Shown: one piece after another, positions 40,240 to 52,085 of the stretch
Position numbering within the stretch: position 1 is the first letter of the stretch
Layout of the letters: every line of letters starts with the position of its first letter
Origin: Trichoplax adhaerens
Taxonomy: Eukaryota > Animalia > Placozoa
DNA length: 64,000 nt
Reading direction: 5' to 3'
NCBI RefSeq assembly: GCF_000150275.1
Contig: NW_002060953.1
Coordinates: forward strand, 1,973,429 to 2,037,428
Position numbers and translations under genes: made by a program
Notes under the pieces: model-generated
Database searches by the model: none
Told to the model about the DNA's origin: nothing
What the model saw: the letters and a program-made list of their open reading frames with translations, nothing else

Positions 40240-40595
40240 TGTCACACACCACTAGTGACAAAGTAGTCTACACACGCCAATCCTTGCGTAGAACGCCACT
40301 TACTAACTTAAAGAGGTGAGATTAGCTATATCACCAAATAATTCAGTTCCAACAACCGAATACTATGGTATAATTATAGCGTCACAGATGATGTAGACGA
40401 GATAGTCAGAGATTTACTATCATTTATTACTGAAGGAATCTTGGCACCCAAGATTATAGTCTTTACAATTAAATATCAATTGAAAAACTAGTTGACTATC
40501 TAACCGACTAACGAACTAAAATGGAATCTTCAGGCACCAGCCTTTTATAGTCTCGTCAGAAACTCCTAATTAGGACGAGCTTACGCATCGTAACA
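40240..40595 (-). mobile_element. Solo LTR, family B copy 1 (356 bp)
   Basis: TGTCAC...GTAACA termini; perfect 5-bp TSD GAAGA (40235-40239 / 40596-40600); TATAAAAGG followed by AATAAA on the minus strand; homologous to 61146-62097. Confidence 0.85.
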
Positions 40596-41235
40596 GAAGA
40601 ATAGAAAGTTCTTATATGTTTAAACATTGATTAGCTAAAACATAATTGCAGCGAGTAATTGACAAGTAAAAATCTTAATACAGAATAGTGCTAATAAAGT
40701 TACGCTTATTCCCACCGCTAGACACAAGTAGAACTTTGTACGTGACAATAAACCAGTATAGAAAAAGCTTAATAATCAAATAAGCATACGTTGACTATCT
40801 AGGTTAGCAATTACTAGAACGTGGAGAAATATTTGAGTGAAGTTAGCGAAATATTATTTTACTATTTTGTAAAGTAAGTATTCACCAGCACGACACCAAA
40901 TACTTTAAACTTATTATGCATTGATTGTTATCGTCGTATTACTTAGCTATTCGTAATACTGCAATCATGCTATCTGCATAAATTAGATGATATATTTAGT
41001 ACTATATTTTGACTGAAACATTTTATGCTTATAGACATTCAATAATACAAAGTAAATAGCAAGACAGTAAATTAATGGTCGATTGGGAGTGTCATAATAA
41101 GATCTGTGTTTATAATTAAAGGTTTAGTTATTTAAAATCAAAATTTCTATTAACCCCAATACATGCCCGATATAAGATGTATAGCAATCACAGTTCCTTC
41201 ATTTCAACATCATCGGTTCTAGAGAAAATAGCTCC

Positions 41236-44200
41236 ATGGCAAAGCTGTATTTAATATTACTTATCTGTTCGATTTTTAATGGGACAAATCAAGGTTAGTA
41301 CCAATAGGTTCACTTCAAATCCATCCAATAATAATGTAATGATCTAAGACTACTAATTCAAGGCCATGAATTCAATCGAAGTTGTAAACAAGATCCACCA
41401 CGATACGATAATGTGAACATTTTTCTGTTTAAGTTAGTACACTGATTGCTTTTCAAGCAATCAGTGTACTAACTTAAACAGAAAAATTACAATATTGTAT
41501 TATTCTGTCTAGCCCAAGCTTTTCCCAAAAAAGTACTATGAAACTCGGTGAGATTTGATTTAAACCGAATAAAATCGGCTACATTCAGTAGAAAAAATTA
41601 CTATCAAATACCAGCAGTGGAACAAGAATTGTACAATTGATGGCTTTATAGTAGTTAAAAGTCTCTTGTTTTCGTTCAGCTAATATCTAAAATTTATGGC
41701 ACAAGATTTCTCTATTTAAAAAGACTCTTTTACTATAACGAAGAATTATCTCACTTATTTCAACATCAATTTGGTCCATACAATAACTATATTTCCAGTA
41801 CGTATTCATAAACACTACCTGAAACAATCTCCATTAAAAAGACCTAAAATGTCTATCGTTTTAGCTCAATTAATATCTAAAATTTATGGCACCGAGCTTC
41901 ATTACTTATAAAAATTCGTTTAGTATATCCAATATTCGTTTCTCTTTATTTCAAAGTCAATTTATTCCATTCAATAACTATATTTCCTCCACATAGTTGC
42001 ATATTCACCACCTGTAACGATTTCTGGAAAAAAAATCTAAAAAAATTTAGGCCAACTAATATCTAAAATTTATGATGTAGTGCTTCATTATTTATGAAGA
42101 TTCGGTTAGCATATCCGACAAATTACTCTCTTTATTTTAGCATCAATTCAGCCCATTCAGTAACTATACTCCCGACACATATTTGCGTGATCACTATTAG
42201 ACATGGTCTTTAATTTGCTAATTTGCTAATTTTCTATCGATCAATCATCAATGTTTTCATACTAATAATTAATTTAACACCAAAATCAATCTCTTATTAT
42301 TATCATTGTTGGCAATACTCGTGAATCTTTTCTAAAAATTAAAATGATATTAACACGATCTTGATTTTTTCCATACTTTACTACCGATGCATCTTCTCAG
42401 TGCTAGTACCAGTACTCGTCTAAATCAACTGAGATGGATAAATCATCTATCCTGATAAGATACTAGCATAAAAGTTAATACTTTCATGACTTTCTCATGT
42501 AGAAAGGAGAAACGAAAGAAGTATATAAGTTTATAAACTGTATGAGAAAAGACAATGTCATTGGTTTATCATTTGATTCATCCACAGCCACGTTATTGTT
42601 GCTACATTTATTGGCTAAAATACTTCGTAGCAGTGAAATAATTAGTATTACGCTTACAACACACTTTAAATTTTCTGAATAATACACTTTTATCAAAACA
42701 TAACCAATAATTTGTTTGAACTAGTTGCATTTACGTAGGTGTACTATTACTGATTCATCGTTTGATAGTTACTCAGGAAAAGTTAACATTGGTTATTTTC
42801 TGTTGCATGATTTCGTATCTTTTCATCAAAGCCACTAAAAGACTATTTAAAAATAACATGAGAAAATTTAAAATTTTTTGATGAGTAATGCGGGGAAATT
42901 AGTCATATGGAGGGAAAGAGCACTCCTATTCGCATATATATTAAATTAATTCTACGATGGTGTCAATGAGCTGGTATGCTGTGTATGCTTACCAGTGATA
43001 TATAACTACTCACGGAAATCCCAAATTTATAGAAATATAGAAGGGCACGCTACAGTACGTCATACTCACATAACTAATAGTCTACAATCCCAATACTTAC
43101 TATAGTTAGGTTACAGTACTACATGGTATTGGGCTAATATAATTAATATGGAAGCGTTAAACATGGCTTACACATAGGTTAATCCTGAAATTTATCGAGT
43201 AAATATGACTATCAAAAGAAAGATTTAGTTATCGCATTTAACCTAACAACGTTTATTCGTACTAATTCAATTACTTCTCTACTAAATTATCACAGTGCAC
43301 CGCAACTTTATATGCCTCACAGGGCTACTAATAGTATCAAACTAAAGTAATATCACTCTGAATTACTCTACATTAATCTAATCGCGAATTGCATAGATCT
43401 AGAAGGATTATAGCCTACGTTCCTAATATACTTTAACTTATCTAGCAACCGACCTTTTAGCTTGTCTTGCCTTCCTTTTGTAACCGCATTAGATGTAGTG
43501 CAATGAAGAATTTGAACAAACTAACATTTAAAAATTAGAATTTTGATGATATGAACAATTTTATATCATATTCTAAGACAAAATAACCGTAATTATTGAG
43601 GCTCGGTACAGTTAAAATCTCAACAGACTAACGTTCATAAATTAGAAATTAGATAAAGCACTCGATTTTATATTATATTTAAGACAAAATAGCAGTATCT
43701 ATGAATAGACTAACTTTCATACAGATAATATCTCTATAATATAAAGAATTAGTGGGAAATTCAATAGGAAGCCTTTATTGTTATGTTATTATTTCTTGAC
43801 TTAAATAACAATTAACCAACGTGTTTCGATTTCTTTCATTCCAGTTAAAAGTGGAAATGAGCCCGATGAGGAATGCAATGGTTTAGGTAGAGCATATACT
43901 CGTATATATTATATCCATATATATATATGTATCCGGTAACTCTTAATTTTTCATGCTATGGTAGATATAAAAATTATGTCCGTTACATGATATTGGCACG
44001 GAGAAATATTGCACGACAGCAAATCTAAAGCCTTGAAATAATTTCAAATCTTTTGGATTTCATTTCTAGCTTCTATACCTACAGTCTCCTCTCCAAATCT
44101 CACACAAGAATGCAGAGTGATAAAATTAAGCTGGAAACCTCCCACTATCAAGCCATCATGCTGGTCACAACTACATTACACTGTAGCTTACCGAACGTAT

Positions 44201-47200
44201 GTCGGAAATCCTAAGGAAACGAAACGCTTTAAAAATGCCTGCAACAATAGTACTGAGCCTTTTTGTAAATTGCCACCACTTGGTAAGTATGTAAGCGTTA
44301 TAGATTACCGGGTTATGACTTCAATGAAAAGCAACTCAGAATTAGTATCGCGCTCCAAAACTCGCCGCTTTTATCTTAACTTGCACGGTGAGTTTTCTAC
44401 ATTCAATTGTTTTCTAAAACGAGACTATTTTGATAGTAATAATCCTAATAGATAATCTAATTAATCCAATTTTGATTTTTAATTACATTACAGCATCTTA
44501 TCATCATCTGTTAAAATTACTCTCATGACAAGAGACTAAGATACCGTATACAAATTGCATTAGATAATTATATATTTGCGTAAGGCATTTACTTTATCCG
44601 TTTCGTTTTCTGAAGTAATCCATTCCTAACCAGCTTCTCATGCCTAGCTTACAAAAGTTTCGTAACTGTAGTTGAAAATTCCTAATTTGAAAAGCATAAC
44701 AAGATTTAGACCATAGCAAATACCCTGAGTGGCCTAGTTATATCGTTGATGTTTTTTTATAATATAATTTGTTGCACTTAATATAGAATATTAGTACTCT
44801 ATAATATATCATACATTAATTAAATTGGCAATAAAGTAATAATAAGATCTGGTTTAATATTATTAGATAGTAAAATACGACCATAGCATACGAGAATAGA
44901 ATAACGAATTTAACAGAATTAACTACGGTAATTGAATTTATCCGTCAAATTTTTTCCAATGCCGATTCCTCCTTACAAGGTTTTATACTGTTACTGTACA
45001 TCATAATACATTAAGAGCAAGTTCATAGTATCAATATGCAAAATGCCCTTGATTACGTTCCAAATATTTCAGTAATAATATAGCATGGCATCCTATAATA
45101 TAATTGAAGAACAGAAAAATTTAATAAAATTAATATACCCAGATTAGGCCAAATCCCAATGTTTGCGAATGCAAATTGTCTACCGAATAGACTAATTTTG
45201 CAACTAAAACTTCGTATGTCAATAAGAATAAAACGCAGTGTGAAGACATTTACTTCATGTACTTACTACTTCTGAGCTTAAGTAATATAAAATTGTTCGT
45301 GTTATTCTAGTACAATGATACTGAATTTAAAAACTATTTGATAATTAATTTGTTTAAATAGTAATGATATTACGACCTTATACCGCAATAGCTAACAAAT
45401 TATGTCAGAATAGAATCAAAACTGTCAGATTCTCAACGGCAATAACCCCTATCCTTGTAGATTATCGCACCTTACAATATCACGCCACACCGCTTCAATA
45501 ATATGCTAGAACTGAAAGACTACCATAAGACTGTGTCTGAAAATAAATTTTTAATTGATAACAATTCAATGAAGCAAAGTATTCTAGTTCTGATAATTCG
45601 AGATATATTACTTGAAAATGGCAAAAAATTAATTTAATCATTTTCCCCTTCCTATGCTAAAGTGGTTATTCCGCCAGATGAATGCGAATCTAATTACGGC
45701 AAAGGCAATAACCGTATTCTTGTAATCTGTAAAGAACATATCAAATGTGATTCTGGGCAGACCTACAGATATAATTTCTATTGGGGAAAAAATTATTCAA
45801 AGGATGAACCAGATACAGTTAGTAGCCTTTGATTTATTATTAAGTTTATGACAACCAATTTTACCGCACATTTCTGTCTATTTAATATCAACTAACAATG
45901 ATACTTTCTTCTTTAGTCATCTACTAATTATTTGAGGATGGAGCTTTCTGAGCTAGAGCCTGATACATTATATTATTGGTATGTGGAGGCTGTGGTGCCA
46001 GCCAGAAGTTTGGTCAGCAAACCTACACCCAAACTCTATTTCCGCACATTACCTTTGATTTTAACTACACATACAGAAACGATTGCGACTACACCTTCAA
46101 CTACTGCTACGATTGCAACTACGCCTACAATTGTAGTTTCGACCGCAACTCAGCCAGTAACTACATCTACAACTCTGCCTACAGCTTTGCCTACAACAGC
46201 TATTACTGTCTTCAAGAAATTAGGTATGCTTGTTAATAAATGTTCCTACATTGACACTTCCAAATAATAACATATTGGATAAGTACAAAATAATTCATGG
46301 TGCGGAGGATAAAATCGCAAGATATTAAAAAAAGCCTAATTGATAATTATGGCAGTATTTTTCAGATAATACAGTTTTGAATGCCGCTATATATTATAAT
46401 AAGCTAGCCTAATAGAACAAAATATGAGCTTGATAGACATTATAGCAGCACTTTTCAGTGAATATAAACTTAAAAAAAAGTAAGCACTACGATTTACTAT
46501 TTTAACAAAAACAAGATTTGAGTTTAATTGGCTTAAAGGCAGCATTTTTCAGTTTATGCAAACTTAAATAACACTAGATGTTACAATAAATTATTACAAT
46601 TTAATAATAAAATGAGCTTGATAGACGTTTATGGCTGCATTATTTACTTAATGTAAGTTTCATTTGAAGAACGCTAGATGTAGTAATACATTATCTTTAT
46701 AGAACGAAAAGTCAGCTTGACGAAGGTTTATGGCTACATTTTTTAGTATAGATTTAATTTTAACATAAGATATGTGTTTCAATCGTATAATGCGGTGAGT
46801 AGATTGGGAATTACAAAGTATTAGCCGATTGTCTGTAAAAAAATCATTACAAAAGTTTCTGAACAGCTACTTTGCACTCCAGATCCTTCAAGTCATGGTA
46901 TCTATGTTTTGCTAATTTTTAGAACCAACAATTACCGATATCAAGATTATTCTCTCCGCAAATCGAGTTAATATTACTTGGAAAGTTGTAGGACCCAGTA
47001 AAAAGTGTCAGAAACAAATTCGTTATCAATTAGTTTATTGGTGCAATCAGACCCGTAGCTGGAACACAGCCTGTAATAATTCAATAATAGCTGCCTGCCA
47101 GATTAACCTCGAAGATGGCATTTCTGAAAGTCTAACCTTTAAGATAGTACTCAAAGATGAAGCTCAAACTGTGATTAAAGAAAGTGACAGCTTTATCCAT

Positions 47201-48499
47201 CTTATAGGTAAACAAATACTGACGATTGCCTATTTTGGGAGAAGCTAGAATATTTCAAGCTTTGTTACTACGATAGATATTAACAGGGTTACAAAATATT
47301 TAAACCATCATGACAGCAAATTAGTCTCGATAATCGCATGTGCAAATTGAAATCGTTCGGTTACTTATCGCAACTTTTATTCGCAATGAGCTCAATTAAT
47401 CTATCAATTTTAATTTACTGTATACAACGTAAATTGGGAATACAATTTTTGATTCATACGCAAGTGCTATGATTATTAGTTGCATTTTCTATTGATTACC
47501 GATGATCCATGATCGAGGTTTAAATACCTATAGAATACATGCAATGAAACAATTTACTAGATCCAATTATATCGCGAGAATAACTCTTCAAATACTGTTA
47601 CAAAGAAATCAGAATGAAATTTTTAATTGAGTAAATCCTTAAACTTAAACTACTCATACATGAATATTAGCTATTGTAACAGGTGCGAAAGGATCTTGAT
47701 GAATCTGTAATGACTATGGATGTAAATCGATCGTAAATGAAACTAATAGGAAACAATTTAGAAATTATTTTGGAAACTTAATATCCCAATGGTAGCGAAG
47801 ATTTCATTAATAGCTCATACGTTATACTATAATTGATCCAATTAATCACTAATCACATCTGGTTGACGAGACTACTTATAGACAAAGATCGATGGGTATG
47901 ATAGCTAATGCTACATATCCTAATAAAGAAATAGTTTCAGTAGAAATGTATCTAAATATTTCGAAATTAAAAGTAAAAGCACCGATGTTGTTATTGTAGA
48001 AAATGATACTATAATACAATTTTGATCTAGTTTTATATTGATTCATAATATTTCAGATTTAGGCAAAGGAAATGTAGCTACTACTGGTAGAAATGAAATT
48101 ACGGATACACCTATAGAAATTACACCATCAAGCCTTACGAAAAGAACATCACAACTAAAGGCAGAAACTAGAGGTCCAACAACTAAGGATATAATAATAA
48201 GCGATTCGCCAGGAAATTCGAAAGAATCCGCCGCATTATCTGTGCTAATATTACTTAGCATCATCATTGCTTTGATTGCCGCTCCACTTATAATAGTTAG
48301 CGTTATTATCTTAATTATATTCTATAAGCGATATGTTACCCGAGTTTCAAATCCAAAATCTCAATCAGATGAACATTATTATTCGAGCGTAGAAAACGTG
48401 CAAAAGCCAGACTCAAATATTACTGTCCAAGAGGAGTGTACACTAACTGAGGAATCGGAGTATTCCGGCCAATTATTCGCAAATAGCGTTATCGTATAA
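41236..48499 (+). CDS. Single-pass type I membrane protein R1: signal peptide, FN3 pair (tissue factor/class II cytokine receptor-like), Thr-rich stalk, third FN3, TM, short Tyr-containing tail
   Basis: Exons 41236-41293 (MAKLYLILLICSIFNGTNQ), 43845-43886, 44070-44387 (LSWKPP...HYTVAY...CNNSTEPFCKL...YRV), 45663-45817, 45917-46223 (LSELEPDTLYYWYVEAV + T-rich), 46923-47207 (ITWKV...RYQLVY...WNTACNNSIIAACQI), 48057-48499 (TM ALSVLILLSIIIALIAAPLIIVSVIILIIFY, tail DEHYYSSV). All junctions are GT-AG and in frame (phases 1,1,1,0,1,1). Confidence 0.8.
41421..41485. repeat. Perfect inverted repeat: 31-bp arms, 3-nt loop
   Basis: TTTTCTGTTTAAGTTAGTACACTGATTGCTT-TTC-AAGCAATCAGTGTACTAACTTAAACAGAAAA in intron 1 of R1. 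Confidence 0.97.
41676..42190. repeat. Degenerate tandem repeat, ~190-bp unit x3 (intron 1 of R1)
   Basis: Anchor TAATATCTAAAATTTATG at ~41681, ~41871 and ~42057, each followed by ...CA(A/G)TAACTATA(T/C)T. Confidence 0.8.
46325..46750. repeat. Degenerate ~95-bp tandem repeat (R1 intron)
   Basis: Recurring AAAA..GAGCTTGATAGAC.TTAT.GC.GCA.TTTTCAGT-like motif near 46340, 46425, 46520, 46613 and 46712. Confidence 0.6.
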
Positions 48500-49004
48500 T
48501 GATTGATGTAAGGGAGTTAGACCAAATTATAGATATACTTCATAACTTTGTAGCTAAAATATTATAATAGTGAAGAGTATAACGTGCAGTTACAGAGCTA
48601 GAAAGGATTGAATTGACATCCACAATTTATAATATAATACGTTAGTCTTTTTATATCCGCTTTTGCAATGATTAAGGCAAACTTTGCAGGTATCAAAATT
48701 GTTTATTGCAATGCTGTACGAATACTTTTACAATAGTTGCTTAATAATGTCGGTAATACGCTTTTAATATGATTGGATTAAGGCTAATCTTATTTCCAGG
48801 AATGCTGAATGAAAATAAGAAAATTACAGTAGCCGATTAATTCTTTAAATGGACTAATTCTATCAGTGTTACCTAATTGATCTTGTTCAAGTAACTGGCA
48901 ATTTGTAGCATTAATGACAAATATTAATATCAGCTTCTTCAAATTTCAACTATAATATATGTTCACAACATCATTCTACATTAATACTATTTTATTTAAA
49001 CTAT

Positions 49005-49830
49005 GAATCATTTATTACTGGATAAATCTAATTAGAATTACTATTCTATTGGTTATAGTAATGAGAAATTTTAATCTTGAAAATACACATCCCTAACGCA
49101 ATATTATATTTCGATACGGTATTATCGGATGGCTAAATACTATTTCAGAAATGATGGAAGATCTACTTTACTTCAATTCGATGCAATTTGTAACATTTAT
49201 CAAAGTTAGCAAAGTACTAATACGAACTCAAGCAATCTTAATATAAATCATGCTATTTACTGCGTTTCAGGGATTTTTGTATCATATCGATTCAAAGAAA
49301 AATAAAACTTATTTGATATATTTAACTTCAAATTATATTAGTTGTTCTATTATATCTACATAGAAGGCATAAAGAAATACATTAATTTATCAATTTCCTA
49401 GTTATGGTGTGAAATAAATTGATTTGATAGCTGATTGTGATTGTGAATTTGTGCACTTAGATAGTTCAAATTCGAACTATAAAATTTCTAGCGCAATATT
49501 CTGCATTACTGTTATTTATTGAAACTGTAAAGTGTAAATTATTGGATAAATCTAATTAGACTTTACTATTCTGTTGGCTATAGTAAAGAGGAATTTTGAA
49601 AAAATATAGATGGTCTAATGGAATATTCAATTTCGACACGAAATTATTGGATGAATAAATTAAAAATAAGCAATGATGTAAGATCTATCTTAGTTCAATC
49701 CTATTTAATTTGCTATGCTTGTTAAAGTTAGTAAAGCACCAATCCGAACTAATAATTTTAATTTAAATAGCTTTATTTACAGCCAAACTTTAAGGATTTT
49801 AGATTCATATGTATCAGTAAAAATGAATTT
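49005..49830. repeat. Diverged direct duplication, period ~524 bp, between R1 and R2
   Basis: GGATAAATCTAATTAGA.TTACTATTCT.TTGG.TATAGTAA at 49020 and 49544, with further colinear anchors (TTCGA.ACG, AATGATG.AAGATCTA, AAAGTTAG.AAAG.AC). Confidence 0.8.
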
Positions 49831-52085
49831 ATATATATAAACACAGTGATAAAACTATTCTTTAACCATTAAACTGCTAATTGTAAAAATAGGTTAATTG
49901 TATCAACATATAAGGCAAGGAGAAACACTTTAAAGTAATGATTTTCTAGTTATGAAATGCAATAATTACCATTAGTAGGAGGTTCTAAGAACATACTAAT
50001 GACCGTTTCAATTTTGAAACAGACATATGGGTATGACATTGCCTACAATTAATTAAAGTAACTGGACATTAATGTATCTTGCTGTAGATTATTCTATTCC
50101 TCAAATACATTAACAAAGACGTTAACAAAGATGTTGTAAATATATTTAGCTCTAACATAGCACCAATAAACTTTAGCCGAACAAATTATTTAAACTTGTC
50201 GACGGCAATTTCATATTTGAATATTTTTACGCTTATGTTCTATTACATACAGCACCGTATCTGGCCTATGGATCAAACGTTGAATTTATGAAGAGCTAGT
50301 ACATTTTAATGGGCATGAATTCGGTTAATTTTACTTACAGCTCCAGGCTTAACTGTTAATAGAGCAATATTAAAGTTGTAAAAACCAATTTCTGGTAAGT
50401 GATTACGTCCACTGTCATTAGTACAGATGAATTAATAATAGTCACCGATTCACGATAGTATCGTATTTAGTATGGCTACTAATCCAGTGAGCGAAAAAGG
50501 TAACGACTATACTTTATAAGCAAGTTCAGCTAAATTAATATTAATTTATTGGTTACATTGTAATAGTTAAAACTTGACAAATTTTATCTTAAGCTCTGCT
50601 AAAAATGGAAAAAGAATTGAGCGAGTTTAATTTATTGACCTAACTTTGCTTGATCTTGTTGAAAGGATAACAGTAACAAAGTAAAGTTTTAAAAATACTT
50701 TGTAGAAGCCGTCTTTAAGATTCGACTGATTTTATGTCAGCCAGCTGCGTACCGAAAGATAATTAAACTATTTCCAGCGCATAATAAACGAAGAACAACG
50801 CCAGTATAAACATAATCCTAAAAATGGAAAAGCGTAGCTTTTAAAATAGTTTTTCATTTAAAATTGAGAACTGATTATATATTACCAATTTAGGGGCCAA
50901 AATGTAGCTTTTACGACATTTTATGGAAGTCTACACTTTATACAATAGCTTGAAAAATATATGGAATATAAGCATATGTTTTGTTATTATTTCCCCTACA
51001 GCTATATTTTTCAGAGCAATTTGCACCTGGATGTTAGTAAATGATATTCCAAAGAAAAAGAAAAATAGAGAATACTGGGTAGCTTAGCCAAATGAGCGAT
51101 GTTATTCAAATACGTTCCCTTCCCCTTCAAAGAAAATAAAATAATAAAATAAGCAGTCTCGTGAATTCAAACAAGGCAAGTAATGCAGTATTCAAACTAC
51201 GTGTCACAAAACAGCTTTGCAACAAGATAATGCAATATACGATCAATAAGTCAATTCCTTGAACTACGTATCAAGGAACGATATCTGCACTATCACAAAC
51301 ACTTTTGCTCTACTAGCAGACTACACAAAGACTTAAACGTCTCGTATTTTACGTTAAACACTAAGTTTGAGAATCTTCTTTATTCACGATATACTGCATT
51401 TATATACTACTCCTCATTAGTTCACGAGTCATAGTTAATACAATTAACATTAGAATCATTTACTGAATTAGATATTAATTTTAGCTACTGCTCCCTTAAT
51501 GCAGACAACAGTATTTACGAACATAGACATGTAATGACTAATACAGAATAGTCAGATTACGATATGTCCTATCACGGAACATTTCCATGATAACTTACAG
51601 TCTACCATAAGTAAATTACAATCATAATGATTCGAACTGTAAGTAGATGATTTGCATTCCCTATTATAACTATTAATTTCAGTATGTGTATAAGTGTCAC
51701 TGTCATAAAAAGTCAGTGCTATATTAAAACACAGTATATCCAAATTAGAAGTTAACTAAATAAGGATAGTCTAATAGAATTATCCTAACATAGATATTTC
51801 TACTGTAATACAGTATATAACACTGTAACACTACGCTATTCAGAAATAAGAAATTTTAATTCTTTTTATACTTCATGACGTAACTACAATAATAATGCCA
51901 CCTGCTGTATATTACAGTCATACTTAAATCATTTCAATAATAAATTACTTATAGATAAATTGTCAAATATTATTATCAATAATGAATGATACTTAAACTC
52001 ATCAGCTAGGGGCCGTCGAGTGTACTAGCTAAAAATTTAAAATGAAAAAGCCATTGCAGATCTACATAAAAAATCTATTCTCAAA

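Noticed and set aside
48794-51263. GAS-like STAT sites (TTCCAGGAA 48794, TTCAAAGAA ~51126, TTCCTTGAA 51255) upstream of R2
   Set aside because: TTCnnnGAA is expected roughly once per 3 kb at this base composition, so three sites in 2.5 kb is not convincing without conservation data.
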